Of a stretch of 64,000 bases of DNA, positions 61,267-64,000 are shown one piece after another. Location of the stretch: positions 42,904,001 to 42,968,000 of the forward strand of contig OZ024750.1 of NCBI GenBank assembly GCA_964016885.1, in the 5' to 3' direction. The notes beneath the pieces were generated by a model, which made no database searches, was not told where the DNA came from, and saw only the letters and a program-made list of their open reading frames with translations. The position numbers and the translations under genes are program-made. Each line of letters opens with the position of its first letter. Position 1 is the stretch's first letter. This DNA comes from Eledone cirrhosa. Lineage: Eukaryota.

Positions 61267-62811
61267 AACGGCTACCTCTCGGAGCCGTTCAAAATCGCGC
61301 GGTCCATCCGACAAGGGTGCCCTCTCTCCTCCCTTCTGTATGTATTGACTCTCGAGCCACTACTGCGGAAGTTGGAGTTGTTGCAGGGCATCCCTTTGGA
61401 ACCGGGATTGCGGAAAGCGGTGTCGGCCTACGCCGATGACGTGACAGTAATGGTGTCGACGGCCTCCGAAATCGAGGCGGTCGGCACCTTACTGGAGGAG
61501 TACGAAAAGTTCACAGGGGCTAAGCTGAACCGGGACAAGTCGATCGGTTTGCAACTCGGCACGTGGAGGGGCAGACCGATGCCCTCCGATAGCGTCGTCG
61601 GACGCTGGACGGAGGGCCCGGTGAAGTTGCTCGGGGTCTGGTTCGGACCGGACCTCCAGGTGGAGAAAAACTGGGCGGAGGTTACGAACAGAGTGTTTGC
61701 ACTGACCCAGAAGTGGGCCAGTTGCAAACTATCCCTGAAAGGTCGGGCGGAGGTGGCGAACACCTACATAGCGTCCGTCATCTACTACCGCCTGACCGTA
61801 GTGCCCTGCCCAAGGGAAACCCTCACCAAGATGGAGCGCGCGCTCTTCCAATTCCTTTGGAAGAGGCGGGCTCCTATGGTGAGGAGATCCATCTGCTGTC
61901 AACACCCTTCGAAAGGAGGGCTGGGGATGCCGTGGCTAATGATGCGTAAACACGCATTAAGGCTACGGCACCTCTACGTATTCCTCACCGGACAACCGGT
62001 GTGGGCCTCGTTTGTGAGACGAACCTTTCCCAGACTCGTCTCACTCACCGAGCTGCAATCCTGGGTCAAGCAAAGACCGAGAAAACTGGGCGCCTGGCAC
62101 ACTGAGTGTGCCCAGGCGCTCACCGCCCTCTGGCAGGCGGATCCGGTTATCAGTGGAGACTCCACCGCAACATTCTATAGAGGGCTGGTACGCAGCAGGT
62201 GCGACGACGCCCTCGGAGAAGCCCTAGACATGGAGGAGGACGAACTGGCCAGCCTTTTCGGTAGGACATTTAGCCCGGGACCTATGGACAACTTCCAGAA
62301 GTCCCTGGCCTGGCAGTGCTACCGAGGGGCTTTACCCGTTCGAGAAAGGCTCTACAGACACGGGCGCCCGGGTAGGGACCCCGCCAAAAAGATCTGTCCC
62401 AGATGCGTGTGCGACGAGGAAACCGTTGCACACGCATTAGTACACTGCTCGGGCGTAGCCGATCTGTGGGGCTATGTCGAACAACTGCTGTCAAGGGTGG
62501 GACCGATCCGGTTGACCACCGAGTCTATTGTAATGATCAAGCCGCCTCCCCCCTTCAAAGATGAAGCAGAGGCGGTGTTTCTGTGCGTAATAGCCATGGC
62601 GAAAGAGGTTGTATGGTGGACGCGTCTGAAAGGACTGAGGTCGGGCACCTTTCTCTCTGGCCAACAACTGGTCCGTTTCTTCCGATATCATTTCGGAAGA
62701 AGGATCAGGATGGAGAGAGAGGTGCTGCACCCCAGCCGTTTCTATGAAAGATGGGTGAAAGTGGCGAGAATGGCCCGTGTGAATGGGCCTTCACTCTACA
62801 TCAGACTATAG
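61267..62811 (+). CDS. LINE ORF2 C-terminal 514 aa (5'-partial): reverse transcriptase C-terminal motifs and thumb, plus zf-RVT-type CCHC zinc knuckle
   Basis: NG.LSEPF...SIRQGCPLS (Q at 61312), AYADDVT (YADD 61429-61440), GAKLNRDKS, VKLLGVWF, LSLKGRAEVAN, P.KGGLG, and CPRC-x8-H-x4-C (62395-62448). No stops or frameshifts before TAG at 62809-62811. QGCPLS/LSLxGR/GGLG are typical of L1/Tx1 ORF2. Confidence 0.95.
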   Translation, partial: NGYLSEPFKIARSIRQGCPLSSLLYVLTLEPLLRKLELLQGIPLEPGLRKAVSAYADDVTVMVSTASEIEAVGTLLEEYEKFTGAKLNRDKSIGLQLGTWRGRPMPSDSVVGRWTEGPVKLLGVWFGPDLQVEKNWAEVTNRVFALTQKWASCKLSLKGRAEVANTYIASVIYYRLTVVPCPRETLTKMERALFQFLWKRRAPMVRRSICCQHPSKGGLGMPWLMMRKHALRLRHLYVFLTGQPVWASFVRRTFPRLVSLTELQSWVKQRPRKLGAWHTECAQALTALWQADPVISGDSTATFYRGLVRSRCDDALGEALDMEEDELASLFGRTFSPGPMDNFQKSLAWQCYRGALPVRERLYRHGRPGRDPAKKICPRCVCDEETVAHALVHCSGVADLWGYVEQLLSRVGPIRLTTESIVMIKPPPPFKDEAEAVFLCVIAMAKEVVWWTRLKGLRSGTFLSGQQLVRFFRYHFGRRIRMEREVLHPSRFYERWVKVARMARVNGPSLYIRL

Positions 62812-63062
62812 GTGAGGAAGATGAAAGACCAAGGGAGCACCCCTTCTCTGTGCTCCTGAGGAGAAGGGTTGCACACTTTTTTCGGGGGTGTGTGCGACCC
62901 CCCAAGGCGCCTCCTCTCTATTGAGGATTTTGTTAAAAATTTTATTTTTTGTTATATCTTATTTTATTTTTATATTTTGTTATTGCCTTCTCCTTATTGA
63001 GGACGCCTTTTTGTGTAAACTCCCCCCTTTGTACTTGTCCCACTTTTGATGCCCTAGTGGCA

Positions 63063-63068
63063 AATAAA
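63063..63068 (+). promoter_or_regulatory. Polyadenylation signal of the LINE
   Basis: AATAAA immediately at the A-rich 3' terminus of the element, preceded by a small hairpin (CCACT 63040-63044 / AGTGG 63056-63060). Confidence 0.7.
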
Positions 63069-63073
63069 AGAAA

Positions 63074-63157
63074 TATATCTATCTATCTATCTAACTATCT
63101 ATCTATCTATCTATCTATCTATCTCTCTCTATATATATATACATATATCTCTCTCTC

Positions 63158-63191
<34 letters not shown>

Positions 63192-63230
63192 CATATCTCT
63201 CTCTCTATATATATATACATATATATATAT
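63074..63230. repeat. Compound microsatellite: (TATC)n, then (TA)n-CATA-(TC)n units
   Basis: Direct reading. Confidence 0.97.
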
Positions 63231-63324
63231 AAAATACGTGAATGATAGATAGGATAAACAGGAGAAAGTGAAAATTGAGAGAGACAAAGATGAAAACAAA
63301 ACAAAGGTAGAAGGGTTACCGTAG

Positions 63325-63379
63325 TGGAGATTTAATCCCAATATTTCGGGCTCACGCCCATCAACGGGGGAAAGTTCCA
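63325..63379 (-). ncRNA. Second copy of the putative minimal hammerhead ribozyme, opposite strand
   Basis: Reverse complement of 63495-63549 with one substitution in the distal stem I region; core and stems otherwise identical. Confidence 0.6.
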
Positions 63380-63494
63380 AAAGGGGGGGGGGGGGGAACA
63401 GGCTAAGCGGAGAAAGTTGTGATGTCGTTAAGACAACGGCATTCCTGTCTTAACGACATCACAACTTTCTCCGCTTAGCCTGTTCCCCCCCTTT

Positions 63495-63549
63495 TGGAAT
63501 TTTCCCCCGTTGATGGGCGTGAGCCCGAAATATTGGGATTAAATCTCCA
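63495..63549 (+). ncRNA. Putative minimal type I hammerhead ribozyme, variant core
   Basis: Stem I TCCC (63503-06) / GGGA (63535-38), extended by TGGA (63495-98) / TCCA (63546-49). Core CCGTTGA (63507-13) plus one extra T. Stem II GGGC-GTGA-GCCC (63515-26). GAAA (63527-30), palindromic ATAT in place of helix III, and NUH triplet ATT ending at 63534. Confidence 0.6.
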
Positions 63550-63730
63550 CTACGGTAACCCTTCTACCTTTGTTTTGTTTTCATCTTTGTCTCTCTCAAT
63601 TTTCACTTTCTCCTGTTTCTCCTATCTATCATTCACTTCCTACCTCGAGATTTCCCTCTGCATTGTTGTGGCTTTCTAAACTACGTATTTTACACATTTC
63701 ACAATGCTTCAAGCAAACTTTAACACCCTC

Positions 63731-63763
63731 ATATATATATATATATACATATCTCTCTCTCTC

Positions 63764-63797
<34 letters not shown>

Positions 63798-63911
63798 CAT
63801 ATCTCTCTCTCTATATATATACACACATATATATATACATATCTATCTATCTATATATTTATATATATATATACATATCTATCTATCTATATATTTATAT
63901 ATAGATAGATA

Positions 63912-63946
<35 letters not shown>

Positions 63947-63968
63947 CTATCTATCTCTCTCTCTATAT
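63731..63968. repeat. Compound microsatellite: (TA)n-CATA-(TC)n and (TATC)n units
   Basis: Direct reading; same unit and mostly the same orientation as 63074-63230. Confidence 0.97.
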
Positions 63969-64000
63969 AGTTAGAGAAGTAAAAAATTGCTTATTGTGAT

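Larger units (their letters stand above)
61265..63073 (+). mobile_element. Non-LTR retrotransposon (L1 clade, Tx1-like), 3' portion; 5' part lost in the gap
   Basis: RT ORF followed by a ~260-nt 3' UTR with a T-rich tract, AATAAA and a short A-rich tail (AAATAAAAGAAA), abutting a microsatellite. Confidence 0.9.
63238..63636. repeat. Near-perfect inverted repeat: arms 63238-63435 (198 bp) and 63446-63636 (191 bp), 10-nt spacer ACGGCATTCC
   Basis: Arms are reverse complements except for two substitutions and a G14 versus C7 homopolymer difference. The ORF track gives near-identical peptides on opposite strands (MELSPVDG../MEFSPVDG..). Confidence 0.98.
63230..63730. mobile_element. Putative Penelope-like element (PLE) remnant: two 5'-truncated pseudo-LTR copies joined head-to-head
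   Basis: Inverted arrangement, a hammerhead-like motif in each arm, pyrimidine-rich downstream sequence, both outer ends running into (TA)n, and a possible ORF terminus (RHSCLNDITTFSA*, 63437-63478) just upstream of the motif. No RT or endonuclease sequence is present to confirm the family. Confidence 0.55.

Noticed and set aside
69-61267. Ser/Pro/Leu-rich (SLSPPQLSSSL)n ORFs as mucin- or extensin-like genes; many variants are synonymous in this frame
   Set aside because: TAA/TAG stops occur and are amplified with the higher-order repeats. Apparent synonymy reflects six-fold degenerate Leu and Ser codons.
61428-62730. Short alternative-frame and antisense ORFs within the LINE
   Set aside because: Shadow ORFs of a GC-rich coding region with no recognisable motifs.
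9061-62811. 17,916-aa ORF apparently fusing a giant V/I/T repeat to a reverse transcriptase
   Set aside because: The fusion is read through 200 Ns of arbitrary length. The V/I/T frame uses codons (GTC, ATC, ATT, ACC, ACA, GTT) that cannot become stops by one substitution.
62824-62862. Hammerhead in the LINE 3' UTR (GAAA ... hairpin ... CTGAGGA)
   Set aside because: CTGAGGA matches CUGANGA, but no helix III or UH site lies between GAAA and the hairpin, and no GAAA follows the downstream stem.
63383-63396. G14 run as a G-quadruplex element
   Set aside because: The opposite arm has only 7 C; the length is unstable and may be a homopolymer sequencing error.
62949-63908. Small ORFs rich in Y/I (YIYIYI) and the mirrored MELSPVDG/MEFSPVDG peptides
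   Set aside because: Translations of microsatellites and of the two palindrome arms.

Overview
Eukaryotic (probably animal) repeat DNA with no host gene. Positions 1-61064 are one uninterrupted tandem satellite of a 33-bp monomer (consensus CAGTTGTCATCATCATTGTCATTGTCACCACCA, roughly 1,850-1,900 units), organised into layered variant domains and kb-scale higher-order duplications. All giant ORFs in the track are artefacts of its triplet structure. After a 200-N gap comes the intact-looking 3' half of an L1/Tx1-type LINE (RT with YADD, CCHC zinc knuckle, structured 3' UTR, AATAAA) that runs directly into a (TATC)n/(TA)n microsatellite. Inside that microsatellite sits a ~400-bp near-perfect palindrome. 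Each arm carries a motif with the topology of a minimal type I hammerhead ribozyme but a non-canonical core (CCGUUGA instead of CUGANGA), which best fits a head-to-head Penelope-like element remnant. This palindromic double-hammerhead module is the most interesting object in the window. All folding and alignment was done by eye; nothing was computed or searched.
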